Assembly (NCBI RefSeq): GCF_016432865.1
Contig: NC_067399.1
Span: forward strand, 246,264,001 to 246,328,000
Direction: 5' to 3'
Length of the DNA: 64,000 nucleotides
Source of the DNA: Antechinus flavipes
Lineage: Eukaryota
In this document: one piece after another, positions 39,601-52,639 of the stretch
How positions within the stretch are numbered: position 1 is the first letter of the stretch
How the letters are laid out: each line of letters starts with the position of its first letter
Notes under the pieces: model-generated
Database searches by the model: none
Told to the model about the DNA's origin: nothing
Seen by the model: the letters and a program-made list of their open reading frames with translations, nothing else
Translations under genes and position numbers: made by a program

Positions 39601-41015
39601 GCAATCTGTCTGACAATGTGTCTCAATTAATACCATAGCAATAAGTACCTTTTGATCAGTTAGGATAGGTTTTGTGGACACATTCTTGCTTTTTTATAGC
39701 TGAAATGCAAGAGTCACATTTAAGTTGTCATAATTTACATGTATGTACTTAAAAGAATAAAGGATTGTGCTATTTAAATTTTAATGTTCTTTCATACATA
39801 GTTCATGATACTAGATTATAAGTAATGGATTTTGACATAAAGTAACAGAGGCAAATAATATAAATTGGAAAATGTTAGTTCTGTTGTTAAGCAAAAGACA
39901 GAGTACATTGAAAGATCCTGAAGTTTCAGGAAGTTTATATGATTATTTGACCTTTTAAACTACATATCACTCCTTCGATCAGGAGTCCCAAGAAAGAACC
40001 GTTAATGTTTCAGAATTAATCCTAAATATCTTTCTTTTTTTCCCCCCCTGCAGTAATTGTTTAAATTTTCAGCGGGGAGGGGGGATCCTAGAAGTTCACA
40101 GGCTTGCCACAATTTCCATTCATACTTTAAAGGTTTTTATATTGACATCCTTGTAATTCTATTATATGACATCTACATTTATATTTCATAAGTATTCTAA
40201 TTCTGGAAGGGAAATCTGATACCCTCCTGCTGAGCTACTTGATAAGGTAATCTGTTACCATCAGCAACTGTTCACTTAAGAGTGCACTGTTCACATTCCA
40301 GCTCACTTGGAACCCCTAAGGCTGTAGAAAAGTTTCCCTCTTAAATTGCTAAATCTAGCTGTGCAAATTATAACATTTGATCATAGAGAGATCAAGCTGA
40401 ACCTTGGAGACCATCTGGTCTAGTGGTATTCATTTGTTGGTGGTGGTGTGTTGTATTTTTTTAATCAGTCCAGTTTTATTTTTTTACTTTTAGAGTAGTA
40501 AAGTCTGCAAACATTAAAAACAGATTTGTAGTCCTTGCCATCTTGCCACAGAGAGCACAGTGCCTAGAGATGATTATCATAGAAAATTCAAAGCTTTTTT
40601 CTGTTTTGTTTTCTTTTCCTGTTTGTTTTTGTTTTGTTTTTTTATCTGTCACAAACATAGCTTAAGAAGCAAAACTGATTTAAATATAGGATCCTGGTTT
40701 TAGAGTTGGAGGGGGTCTTAAGAGCCTATCCCTCTTGTTTTGCAGGTAACAGAAAGGAGGCTTAGAGAAGTTAGGGACAGTGTCACCCAATTTTAGTAGA
40801 ACCACCTAGGATTAGACAAGTCTCCTAGTTATAAACCCATTATTTCTTCCTTTACATTGGCCATGAATTGAGAACAGCGCATTAAGACAGTCAAATGTCT
40901 GCGTTACCTGGTCAGTTATCAGGCAATGAAGGACAAAAACTTTTACTAGTTTGATTATTTTGTTTGGGATTGGCTCTGGATTCAAGGAAGAGTTCCCAAT
41001 ATAGACTTTCTTCTT

Positions 41016-42224
41016 CTTCTTTTTTTTTTTTTTTTAACAGATTTTTGTTTACAAGTTATATGCATGGGTAATTTTACAGCATTGACAATTGTCAAACCTT
41101 TTGTTCCAATTTTTCCCTTCCTTCACCCCACCCCCTCCCTAGATGGCAGGATGACCAATACATGTTAAAGTATTAATTAAATACAAAATAAGTATACATG
41201 ACCAAATTATTTTGCTGTACAAAAAGAATTGGATTCTGAAATAGTATACAGTTAGCCTGTGAAGGAAATTTAAATAAAAAAAAATATATGCAGGCAGGCA
41301 AAAATAGAGGGATTGGGAATTCTATGTATGGTTCATAGTCATCTCCCAGAGTTCTTTCGCTGGGTGTAACTGGTTCAGTTCATTGCTGCTCCCTTGGAGC
41401 AGTAATTTGGTTCACCTCATTGCTGAAGATGAACACATCCATCAGAATTGATCATCATTCTAATTCAGTTTCAATTGATCTAGGATGGACAGAAGCAGCT
41501 ACACCCAAAGAAAGAACACTGGGAAATGAATATAAACTGCTTGCGTTTTTGTTTTTCTTCCCGGGTTATTTTTACCTTCTAAATCCAATTCTCCCTGTGC
41601 AACAAGAGAACCGTTCGGTTCTGCACACATATATTGTATCTAGGATATACTGTAACCTATTTAACATGTAAAAGACTGCTTGCCATCTGGGGGAGGAGGT
41701 GGAGGGAGGGAGGGGAAAAATCGGAATAGAAGTGAGTACAAGGGATAATGTTGTAAAAAATTACCCTGGCATGGGTTCTGTCAATAAAAAGTTATTTTAA
41801 AAAATAATAATAATAATAAATAAAGTGAAAATTTAAAAAAAAAGAATTGATCATCATATAGTATTGTTGTTGAAGTATATAATGATCTCCTGGTCCTGCT
41901 CATTTCACTCAGCATCAGTTCATGTAAGTCTCTCCAGGCCTTTATGAAATCATTCTGCTGGGCATTTTGAACAATATATTCCATAATATTCATATAGCAC
42001 AATTTATTCAGCCACTCTTCAATTGATAGGCATCCACTCAGTTTTCAGTTTCCGGCCACTACAAAGAGACCTGCCACAAACATTCTTACACATACAGGTC
42101 CCTTTCCCTTCTTTAAGATCTCCTTGGGATATAAGCCCAGTAGTAACACTGCTGGATCAAAGGATATGCACAGTCTGATAACTTTTTGAGCATAGTTCCA
42201 AATTGCTCTCCAGAATGGTTGGAT
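41016..42224 (-). mobile_element. 5'-truncated L1 (ORF2 C-terminus and 3'UTR) with 14-bp TSD; host of a nested L1
   Basis: Poly-T at about 41020-41035. TSD tagactttcttctt at 41002-41015 and 42225-42238. Reverse ORF2 C-terminal sequence at 41860-42224. Confidence 0.93.
41459..41842 (+). mobile_element. Younger L1 3'UTR nested in the opposite orientation, 15-bp TSD
   Basis: TSD agaattgatcatcat at 41444-41458 and 41843-41857. The sequence closely matches 14490-14857. Confidence 0.93.
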
Positions 42225-42839
42225 TAGACTTTCTTCTTAAAACTGGTCTGAAGCTCAGCAGGTAACTTTGGAGGAACAAGAAAGAAGGGAGGACCTTCTA
42301 GTAGCAATAGGGAATGACTTTGAGGACCCTCCCCCCATATGTTTCTAATGCTTGTATCCAGATTCAGAAACTTGGAGTTGTCTTTACCTATTCCTCTCCC
42401 TTAATTTCATTTCAAATGAAAAGTCCCTTGTTAAACCTACTTCCATATCAGCCTCATCATCTCAACTATTAAAATAGCCTTTTCATTAGACTCCCTGCCT
42501 CCATTTTCTCCTCTCCTGTCTATTCTTCACATGGTAACCAAGTCTTAGTCTTCAAAGGCTATCAAAAAACTATATATAATTTAGCTCCCACTTTTCATTC
42601 TTTAAAACAAAATTTTTCTATTATTCCAAATTTAACAAACATTGAAAAAAATGTACATTTCTATATACAGCAAACTGGAAAAAATGTATTGTCTGTAAAC
42701 TTAATATATCTCCATTACATAAAGCTTGTATTTCTTCTCAGAATAGCATAATCTCAACACAGTTTCAAAGCTGTCTTTCTCTGTTTCTCTGAACCACCCT
42801 CTTTTCTATGCATATTAAAAAAAAATTCTTCAAATTCTA

Positions 42840-42841
<2 letters not shown>

Positions 42842-42885
<44 letters not shown>
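42842..42885. repeat. (TG)22 microsatellite
   Basis: Directly visible. Confidence 0.95.
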
Positions 42886-42888
<3 letters not shown>

Positions 42889-45800
42889 CCCTTTCCCTCC
42901 TTCCATCTCATTACAGGTAATTCCCCACTGGGGGAAACAATTCTTATAACAAATAGAAATAATTAAGCAAAACAAATACATATGCTGACCCTGTCCAGAA
43001 ATGAATGTCTCAATCTAGACTCCAGTATCCCTACCTTACTCTCGAGTGATAGATAGCATTTCACATAACTTTCCAGCTTTATTTTCTGTTCTAGTCAAAC
43101 TGGTCTGTTAGCTATTTCCTGAATGTGACATTCTATCTCCACCTCCCTGTGGTTGCTCAGAAGTAATTCCCTATATCCACAATTGTCTTCTTTCTCATTT
43201 CATCTGTGTATAATACCTGCCTTTTAAAATCAAATTGAGATGTGCTTTCAATGAATGAATATAATTTATTAAGTGCTTACTATGTGCTAAGCCCTGTGCA
43301 AGATGGTGAACATATGAATAGAAAATTGAGACATGCCCTGCTCTCAGAAAGCTTACATTCTTAATGTCTGGGACCTGCCTTGATTCTCCTCCCCTCTCTT
43401 TCCCCACCCCCACTTCCTCCCCTTAACTCTCCCTCCCGTTTACCACCACATTGCCTTTCCTTCACCCCTCCTTCCCCCCCCCCATACACACACACAGAGA
43501 CATACTCTTTGTGTTTATTTATTCTGGCAGTCGTTCAATCTCTCAGTGCTCTAGGCAGCTCTAAGGATGTAAGTTGCTCAGAAAGTACTGGTCTCCATCA
43601 ATAGTTTTCTCCAAAAAAAAGGATCATTTTGCTAATTCATTTTTAGTATTTTGGGGTGTTTATCTGGTCTATCTGTGCATCTGCCACTGAATCAGTTGAA
43701 TTCAGCAAACATGTATACTCTTTTGTGTTGAAGGGGAGGTGAAAAAATTTAAAATTACAGATTTCCTCCTTTAGCTTGGATTTTCTGGAGGAAATGTTGT
43801 TCAAAACATAATACAAGGCAGAGAGGAAAAAGACAAGATCTAGGAAAATTTGGAGGGGGGGAGAGGGGGGAACATTTTCAGCTAAAGATAACAGGCAAAG
43901 CTTTTTTCATGGAAGAAATGGTACCTGATCTGAGCTTCAGGCATTGGTGGGATGGGAGAAGATATTTAATCAACCTGTGTGAAGAATGTAAGGAAGCTGA
44001 AGGCAGAAGTTCTAGTTGGAAAGTAGCTTGTAATTCATTATGACCAGACTAGAGAGAACATGAAGGAAACTAAAGCAAAATAAGGCTAGAAAGATGATTA
44101 GGAGAGGAGCATAGGATCCTTTACATAGTAATAAAGGTTTATTAAACTGATTTGGATTAGGGCCCTAATTATGGAAGTAACTTTATATTATATCTACTAA
44201 GAAGCCACTGGATGTTTATGAACAAGGGAGTGTCTGAGTCAGACTTATTCATTAGGAATTGGAAGATGAAGGAAAGAATTTTATTTGGGGGTTAAATGAG
44301 TTCAACTCTATAGCCAGTCTATCACTGGCAACAGGACTCTCAGGGCAAGCTCTTACTATTGATGTTTAGGTGAGAGATGCTAACCAGTAGTACCTCACTG
44401 AAAAAAAAAAAAAAAAAAAACATTCTAACTTGTGGGTGCCAGCAGTGACCTTCAACACATGGAAATTCTTTCCATTCAGGTATGCAAGCTACCAGTAAAA
44501 AGTATAAGAGCAAAAACATACTTAGGAAATTGCAAGAACTAAACACCAGGTATGAAGACCTTTCATTCTTTAGTGACCTTCCTTGATCTACTGCTTATAC
44601 ACAGAATGAAAGTATTTTTCCTAGCATTTTGTTTTTTTAGCTAGATTGGGGCATTCAGGGACTTACCTTATAAAAGGTTTACTTTCTAAGATACTGATAT
44701 TTTCTTTTCCTCTGCTGTTCAATCCTTGTCAAAAAAAAAAAAAAAAAAAAAAAGAATATCCAAACTGCCTAGTATTTTCTTCTTACAGGGTTATTCATAG
44801 CAAAGAGCACACTTGAGTGAACATTGTGAGGAATATACCAAGGACAATTTTAAAGACTAAAGATTTGTAGTCTACAAACATTCAACAAATGGTTAAACCT
44901 CTACTATATATGTGGGCCAGAGTGGGATGGTGGTGGAAGTGGAATATGTCCTTATAGAACATTTCTAATCAAATTGGGAGCAAACACATGTAAATGAATA
45001 TGTCATACTTAGTACTGAATAAGTAATAATTGTAAAACTCCTTAGCATAGTGCCCAGCACAGTAGCACTACATAAATATTAGCTATTGTCAAGTTAAAGC
45101 ATTGGGCATAAGAAAAAAGGGTTGCATGAGATCTGAGAAGAAAGGTCTACACTCATTGAAATGAATCTTCGAAGGCTTTGTCTGTAAAAGGTAGCACTTT
45201 GAGTTGAATTTGAAGAATAACACAAGTAAAGGAGGTTATAGAGAGAATACACATCGCTAGTAAATAGAGGAACTGAAATTTGAACCTAGGCCCTTTGATT
45301 CCTAATATTTCCTCTCCTGCCTTCATTGTGGAAAAGAAAACTCTGCATTTACAGCAAGCATGAAAGTGACTAATAAGGTTTAAGTCTCTATCATGCATCA
45401 TTCCATAAGAAATGAGGTTTATATGAAGTATCAAACAAGCATTTATTATTCTATCAGTTATGATCTCTGTACTAACCTAAGTGAAATAATCCACAAACCC
45501 AATATTCAAGAAGCTATGGAACCACTTTCTTCAAATCTTACTTCTTTCATATTTAATGTGAGAAAATTGAACCAAATGGGATAAGGGTTGAGTTTCTTCT
45601 GACATCTTTTGTGTGATTCTATGAAGAAAATAAGGTGAGCAGTCTTGAAATATATTTATAGAATCTCAGAGAACAAAATGACTTTTAAAATAAATACATG
45701 TGTTAAATACAATATTATTTACTTAAGAGAGAGGGGTGTCATTTGGTTCAGATAAAACCATGCTATGTTAGAATTTTCCTCCATGTACTTATTTTGGGGA

Positions 45801-45907
45801 GAAATCTACCCACACTATACCACATTGATATAATAAATTCTAGCTATCAAATATTGCTTTGGAGTGTATATTTGTGGTGTTTTTCTTCTTTAAAATATAA
45901 TAATATA

Positions 45908-46659
45908 TGATGGTTCTCTCCGGGTGAGAGCAAGTTTCTCGGGGAGGTTTTCCGAAGGCAGCCTTAGTTGCAATTGAAAGTAATAATCACCTCAAAATGC
46001 AGCCAGGTGGTAAAAGTTCAGATCTTTTATTGCCTCCAATATAGCCCGGTTAGTTTAGAGGTCTAACTCTCTGCTTGGTTCCAAGAGCTCCCTCCAAATA
46101 AATCCAAATGTTTGTCCTTTAGTCCTCCAGCCAGCCAAGTGGGAAATGGAATAGATCTCTCTCTTGCTTCGGAGAGAGGGCTTCTGGCTCTCAATCTCCA
46201 ATATAGCCCGGTTAGCTTTTCTTAGAGGCCTCTCTCTCTCCTTGGTTCTAAAAGCTCTTGCAGATTTGTTCTTTGCTTCTGCCTCTACTTTCTTCAGCCT
46301 CCAGAGCCAGCATCAAGTTGAGATTGTCTTGCCTCTGAAGAGCTCTCTCCTGGTTCTAGCTTCTTCTGACTTGACGCTCCCCTCTTCATGTAATTCAGCT
46401 GAATTTCTGTCCGAGAGCCTCTGTCTGTTTCTTATATATATGAGAGAGAGGAATTGTGGGATACGAAAGAGAGGGATTATGGATTTTCTCCCATAGTGCT
46501 CTCTGGTCCTAAGAGCTTCAAGGGAGGTGTGAATTCACAAAGTTACAAAGTTTACCTTGTAAAACTCTCATACTTGTGAACACCAATGAGTAAAGGTGTG
46601 AACACAAGCATTGTATCAATTACATTGAGTTAACACTAGAATTCAAACTATACTAGACA
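45908..46659 (-). mobile_element. ERV solo LTR, antisense to VAPB (right boundary approximate)
   Basis: Starts TG (tgatggttctctccggg). Minus-strand TATA (cttatatata 46430-46439) lies upstream of minus-strand AATAAAA (ttttatt 46025-46031). More CpGs than background; internal ~162-bp-period duplication. TSD not resolved. Confidence 0.75.
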
Positions 46660-47059
46660 AGATTTTCTTATGGAAAGAAAATTTCTTGTTTTCTATTTTC
46701 TTTTTCTTTACCATGTGATCTATGTTAGATAATAATTTATTGACACGAATGAAGTCCTTTTTCCTAAAGAGTAGGATACATGAATCCAGTAATTTAATGG
46801 TAAAGAGAAATTGCTTTCCCCTGAAACACAAGGCTATGCAAGGATCAATGTTGAAAAATTATCCATGCATATGTTTTGAAAATAAAAAGCTTTAAAGAGA
46901 GAGAGAAAGAGTGCTTTCTTCTCATTAGTAATAAAGGTATGTTCCTTGGGTAAGAATTCCAAAGTAAAGAAAGGCTGTGGGTGTATAAATACTACTACTA
47001 GGGTAGTATTTTCTTTTCTTTCTTGGCTTTTATATTATTTGTTTCTCTTGCTTAATCTT

Positions 47060-47250
47060 TTCTGCCATTTATGACCCCATCTGGGGTTGTTTTGGCAAAG
47101 ATATCGAAATGGTTTGCCATTTCTTTTTCTAGAAGAGGAAACTGAGGCAAATAGGGTTAAGTGACCTGCCCAGGGTCACACAACTAGTAAGTATCTGAGA
47201 CCAGATTCAGATTCAGGAATTCTTCCTGACTCGAGTCCATTCCATTGCTG
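47060..47250 (-). mobile_element. Mar1-type core-SINE
   Basis: gaccccatctggggttgttttggcaaagatatcgaaatggtttgccatttc...gaggaaactgaggcaaatagggttaagtgacctgcccagggtcacac. Confidence 0.8.
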
Positions 47251-47897
47251 CCCCATTAGTACTTAAATTAAGCATTCTCTTGGGAGAAAGGAGCCATCAT
47301 GGAATTTAAGTCTAAAATGCTTTTCAAAAATCCTTACATTTTAACCTTATGATCATAGGATTTAGAGTTGGAGGAGATCATTGAGGGCTTTCTTATCCTA
47401 CCCTTTTCATTTTACATATGGAAAGCAAAGTCTCAGAATTTGTCTTTCCCATTGTCATTCAGATGGTTTTATTTCCTTAACGCTTCTCTCTGTCCCTTCA
47501 TCTATAAAGTGGAAATAATCAGATTTGTCCTCCTTATCACACAGGGTTATTGGAATGCCTAAATTACATGCATGTAAAAGCAATGTTAAATGTTAGGGAG
47601 AAATAGAAATTGAATCTATGATTTCATTGACTGAGGGAGCTCCCAATGATTGATCTTTCTATAGTATTAGTATAACTAAAAGGTTAAAAAAAAATGGTCA
47701 GGGTCACCTAATGACCAAATTTATTCATCGTGCCAAAAAGCTTCTGAGATAAAGTACTGTGCAAATGTAGATACTTTGAAGAATTGGTGATTTCATCTTC
47801 TCTTAGATTCTCCTTATTTCACCCAATTAAAAAATGTATATGGGATTCCTTTTTACTATTGCTATTATCACATGAGCAAAGATAATGTCTAATTTAA

Positions 47898-48074
<177 letters not shown>

Positions 48075-50044
48075 TAAAAAAAAAACCTAAACCTGTCTAG
48101 GCTCAGCTTTGTGTCTGCATTCTTTAAAAAAAAATAACAATAGTAATAATAATAATAAATCATTTCGATATGGTATTTTTTTTTAAGTTTTTAGATTATA
48201 TTCTGGTGTTTCCTAAAATTTATAATTTCTTATCTTTTCCCAAAAAAGATATGGGGAGCCCCATAGATCCTGGCACTTTGAATGGTCACTTTATTTTTTT
48301 TTTTCCATCATGAATCTAGGGACCTAGACCTTTTCAATTTTTACCCTCAGTCCTCTAATTTTGTTTTCAGCATAATAACTATATATTTAACTGTCTCGTT
48401 TGAATAAGGATACAGTAGTAAATTACTTCCCAAATGTTATCAATATATTTTCTGTTTCATGCATAATCATCTTTTTTATTATACTATGTTATGGAGGGGA
48501 AAGAAAGCATCCACAGAATCTGAGCAAATTACCTAATAAAAGACAGACTTACCATCTAAGAGATGAAAAAAGACTCACATAGACAGGTGCCGTTCTGTCC
48601 ACACATTTGGGAAAAATAGAAGAGGTGCGGAGTTACAGATTATAAAAGGGAGATCCTCATTCAAGGGAACAAAATGTAATCAAAGAAGGCCATCCCTTTA
48701 GAAGGGGACATCTGGTCACCTTAGGATAAACAGATGCAACAAATTATATGTCCCACAAAGCTTTCAACACTTTACAGCCAGCCAACTAAAAATAGAACAG
48801 TGGGTTCATCCAGGGAATAGAGACAGGCTAATTCAGTTATCTCCTTGTCATTCACTTAAATTATCCTTTATAAATATATCTATTTATAGAAAGATCTATC
48901 TATTCTACAGACTACTCCCACATGTAGCCCACTCTGTGTTTCCATGTGGCATTTCCATTCATATCTTCATCAAAATATAAGTGGATGGCAGAATCCTGGT
49001 TTAATTTATGATACATTGTAATTGGAAACTTTAGATGATTTCATGTTGAGATAAATTAAAGAAGAGTTCATCACATATAACTTCATTAACAAGAAGTCCC
49101 TCAAATACTTTACCTTTTAGTAGTGCATTATTGGACTGAAGTTTATGCTTCTCTTTATTTAGGTAAATTGGGGTGTTTAAAACGCTTTTTGTTTGGAGTC
49201 TTCTCCCTTTTGTTTTGAAATTTATTTTTTTTTATCTTATTTAACAAATCTTCTATCTATCTATCTAGTGATAATAAAATGAGTTTTTATTCCTTATGAA
49301 TGTTTCACTAGCAATTAGCAGCAGGGAGGGAGCTCAGCCTAGCTATGTCTTAAAGTTATAAAGGGAAGGCAACCTAAAATTTAAATTGTTCAGTGAATTA
49401 TTTTCACCTAAATAATTTTGGTTTAATTGGTATAGTAGAAAAGAGCATGGTGTAAAAAGTAACTTAATTTTGTTCTCTCAACCTAGAGTTTCCTGACTGA
49501 TTTTGGTAGAGAATTGTTTTTGGGCTTGAAATGTATTAATGGAACTCAAAGATGCTGCCTTCCCTTCTCTTCTACTAAAATAATTGATCACCAACATTGA
49601 ACCCATAGAACCCTTCTTTTACATTCCATGAAATACCAGGATTCTTGGTATAACATGCTAACAGAGCAAAAGAAAGTTAAATGTTATCTATCTCTATAGC
49701 TATTAAAGTGTTTACTAAGTACTATATAATTTGAAAAGATTTTCTCTTTGCCACTGCAGTCTTTTCCCTAAGATTTGTATCCACTCCCTGAAGGAACATT
49801 TTATACTAAATTAGGAAAGTTTTAAGACATAGGAAGCTTTGAAATTTATGTTTATATTATGATAAATTAATTTGTTTGATTTTATGGGTCTTTTTATTAC
49901 AGATTTCACTACATTTATTTTTAAAGTCTTCAGTTGGGCTTTTACATTAAGTGCATTTTTTCTGAAACTGTTATAGGAAGAAAGTCCTAATTCTTTTCCA
50001 AGCAGCTTTATTATGTCCTGATTCTCAAATTTAAATTGTTTTAG

Positions 50045-50248
<204 letters not shown>

Positions 50249-51720
50249 TAAAGAAATTAAATTGAAGTCAACAAATAAGTGAGACTTTATGTAAGTCAGC
50301 TTTGGAAAACTTTAACTTTTCCTTCTCAGGAAACTAGTATGTGTTGAAGTTTAAGGGTAGAAATAATAAAAGAGTGAAAAAAGTAATTTGCTACCTTGAT
50401 TGATAAGGAGGATCTAGGGAGCCACAGAGTGAGTGTGACCTGATGCTGGTCATCTGGAAGGTCCAGTGGCTTTTCCTTCACCACCACTCCTTATGTCTTT
50501 ATCTCAGCTAAATTTTTCTGTCCAAATACCTGCTTTTGAGGCTTGAGTTAAGTGTGTGAATTTTGGTAGATAATTTTTTTCTTCCAAGCTATCAACACAT
50601 TTTTAAAAACATTAAAATCAGAAATATTAACCTGGTTTCAAGTCCCCCTCACCATCCTGGCTGCTCTATTCTTGCCATATTTCAGCTTCTCATAGTCCCT
50701 ACTAAAATGTACCGATCTTAAACCATATTTTAAACATGCAGAATAAGAAGCATCATAATACAGTGGAAATTGCTGCGATGGCCTCAATTTTCTCATCCAC
50801 AAAATGAAGAGGTTACGTTTGATGGCCTCCTAAGTCCCTTTTTTCCCCTCTAGATTCCTATAATACCACTGAGGGTAGATGATGGAAGAAGTTAACCTAT
50901 TAGAAATTATTACCAATTACTATCTAGAGGTAAGGAGCAGATGTTCCTTAATTATGTTGCAGAAATAGAGAGTTAAGTCTTTCATCTGTACCACCTTCAC
51001 TTATGGTATTTCAGTGATCTATTCCTTGAATCAACTCAGTACTTCCTCTTGGCAAGATCATCAACCTACTTCTTGGAACTGCTAATTATTAGTTGTTTTT
51101 CATCCTCTCAGTAAATACACTGGACAGGGAGTTTAGGGGCCTTGGATGTTAGTCCTTGACCCTCTACTCACTAACTAGCTGTTTGACTTGCAATGTTCAT
51201 TTCCCCCTCTATGAACTTTAATTTTCCTTCATCTATTAAGGGAGTTGAAACTAGATGACCTCCAAGGTCTCTTCCAGCTCTAAAATTCTGTGCTTCAATA
51301 AAATAAATCACCTTCTCTCCAACCCTGTCCTTTGTCTAATCATTATGGAAACTTTTCCCAGATTTTTTTCCCCCCATAATCACTTATCATCAATTCTTCC
51401 TTAGCTTATACATTTATGACATCCTAATTTTTCAAAATGAGGAATTTGATAGTATATTGTACTTTTTCTCCATGCTGTGAAATATTAACCTCAGCATGAT
51501 TTCCTTCTCTAGTCTTAACTATAATTTCTTGGGTCCAATTGTCTATAAAATGAATATTAAGAGACTGACTGGCTAAAATGCAACATTTTACATGATCCAT
51601 TTGATACCTTATCACATGGATGAAATTCTACCATGTGCAACTTTTGCTGAGAATTTTGATTTCCCCTCCCCCCCCAAGTCTTTTAGTCTGACAGTTTTTC
51701 TCTCATTTGCTTTTGAGCAG

Positions 51721-51897
51721 CATGATGTAGAAATAAATAAAATTATGTCCACAACGGCAACAAAGACAGAATCATCTGTTATGTCTAAATCTATAAGTTC
51801 TTCTTTGGATGATACTGAAGCTAAGAAAGTAATGGAAGAATGTAAAAGGCTGCAAGTAGAAGTTCAGAGGTTACAGGAGGAAAACAAACAATTTAAG
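51721..51897 (+). CDS. VAPB: VAPB coding exon 5 (linker and coiled coil)
   Basis: Acceptor ttttgagcag|CAT, donor AAG|gtaaaa. 177 nt; [59 protein letters not shown]. Confidence 0.97.
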
Positions 51898-52639
51898 GTA
51901 AAAGAGGGTTTTCTGACATTCTCCTAGTGGGTGAGCACAGACCTTCTTTGCTTTGGAAAATACAGGGAACAGTTGTTCAGTTCAGCTAATGTTTGCTGAA
52001 TGCCTGTGATGGGCAAGGTAGGGAATTGGGGGTGGAGAGGGTGGGGTTTCAAAGATTAAATCAGACACATTCCCTATCCTAAAGGAATGTATGGTCTGTT
52101 TGAGGGGAGGAGATATGGGATAAGACAGATAATAGCCTAATGGCCATAAAAGTAAAAATGGCAGCACATGCTTTGGAAAGAATGCTGGATTTGGAGCAAA
52201 TCTCATTCCTGCCATTTGCTACCTTTTGTGACTTTGGGCAAGTCCCTTAGCTGCCCTATTTCTTTATATGTACAATGAAGGGGTTGGGTTAGATGGCCTC
52301 TAAGATCCTCTCTAGCTCTTAAGTCTATGATCCTAAATGTGTGAGAGAGAAAAAGCCGGGAGAGCTTGCCTGAGAGAAATACCTCTTCTTACAGGAGGAA
52401 ACATTATTGCCCAACACAATGGTAGAGCACACCATATAATTAATATTCAACAACGGTGAAGCCTTTCAGACACAGAAATCTTTCAACTAAGGTTTTGTGG
52501 AGGATATTACTAATTAAACGTCTCAGATACTATGAATGTTATTGCAGGAATGGTGTGGATTTTTTTTTTTTTTAAGTTAAAACTTTAAAATCTTATTCAT
52601 GATCTCCAAAGTTGCAACAGTTTCTAATTTCACCTATTT

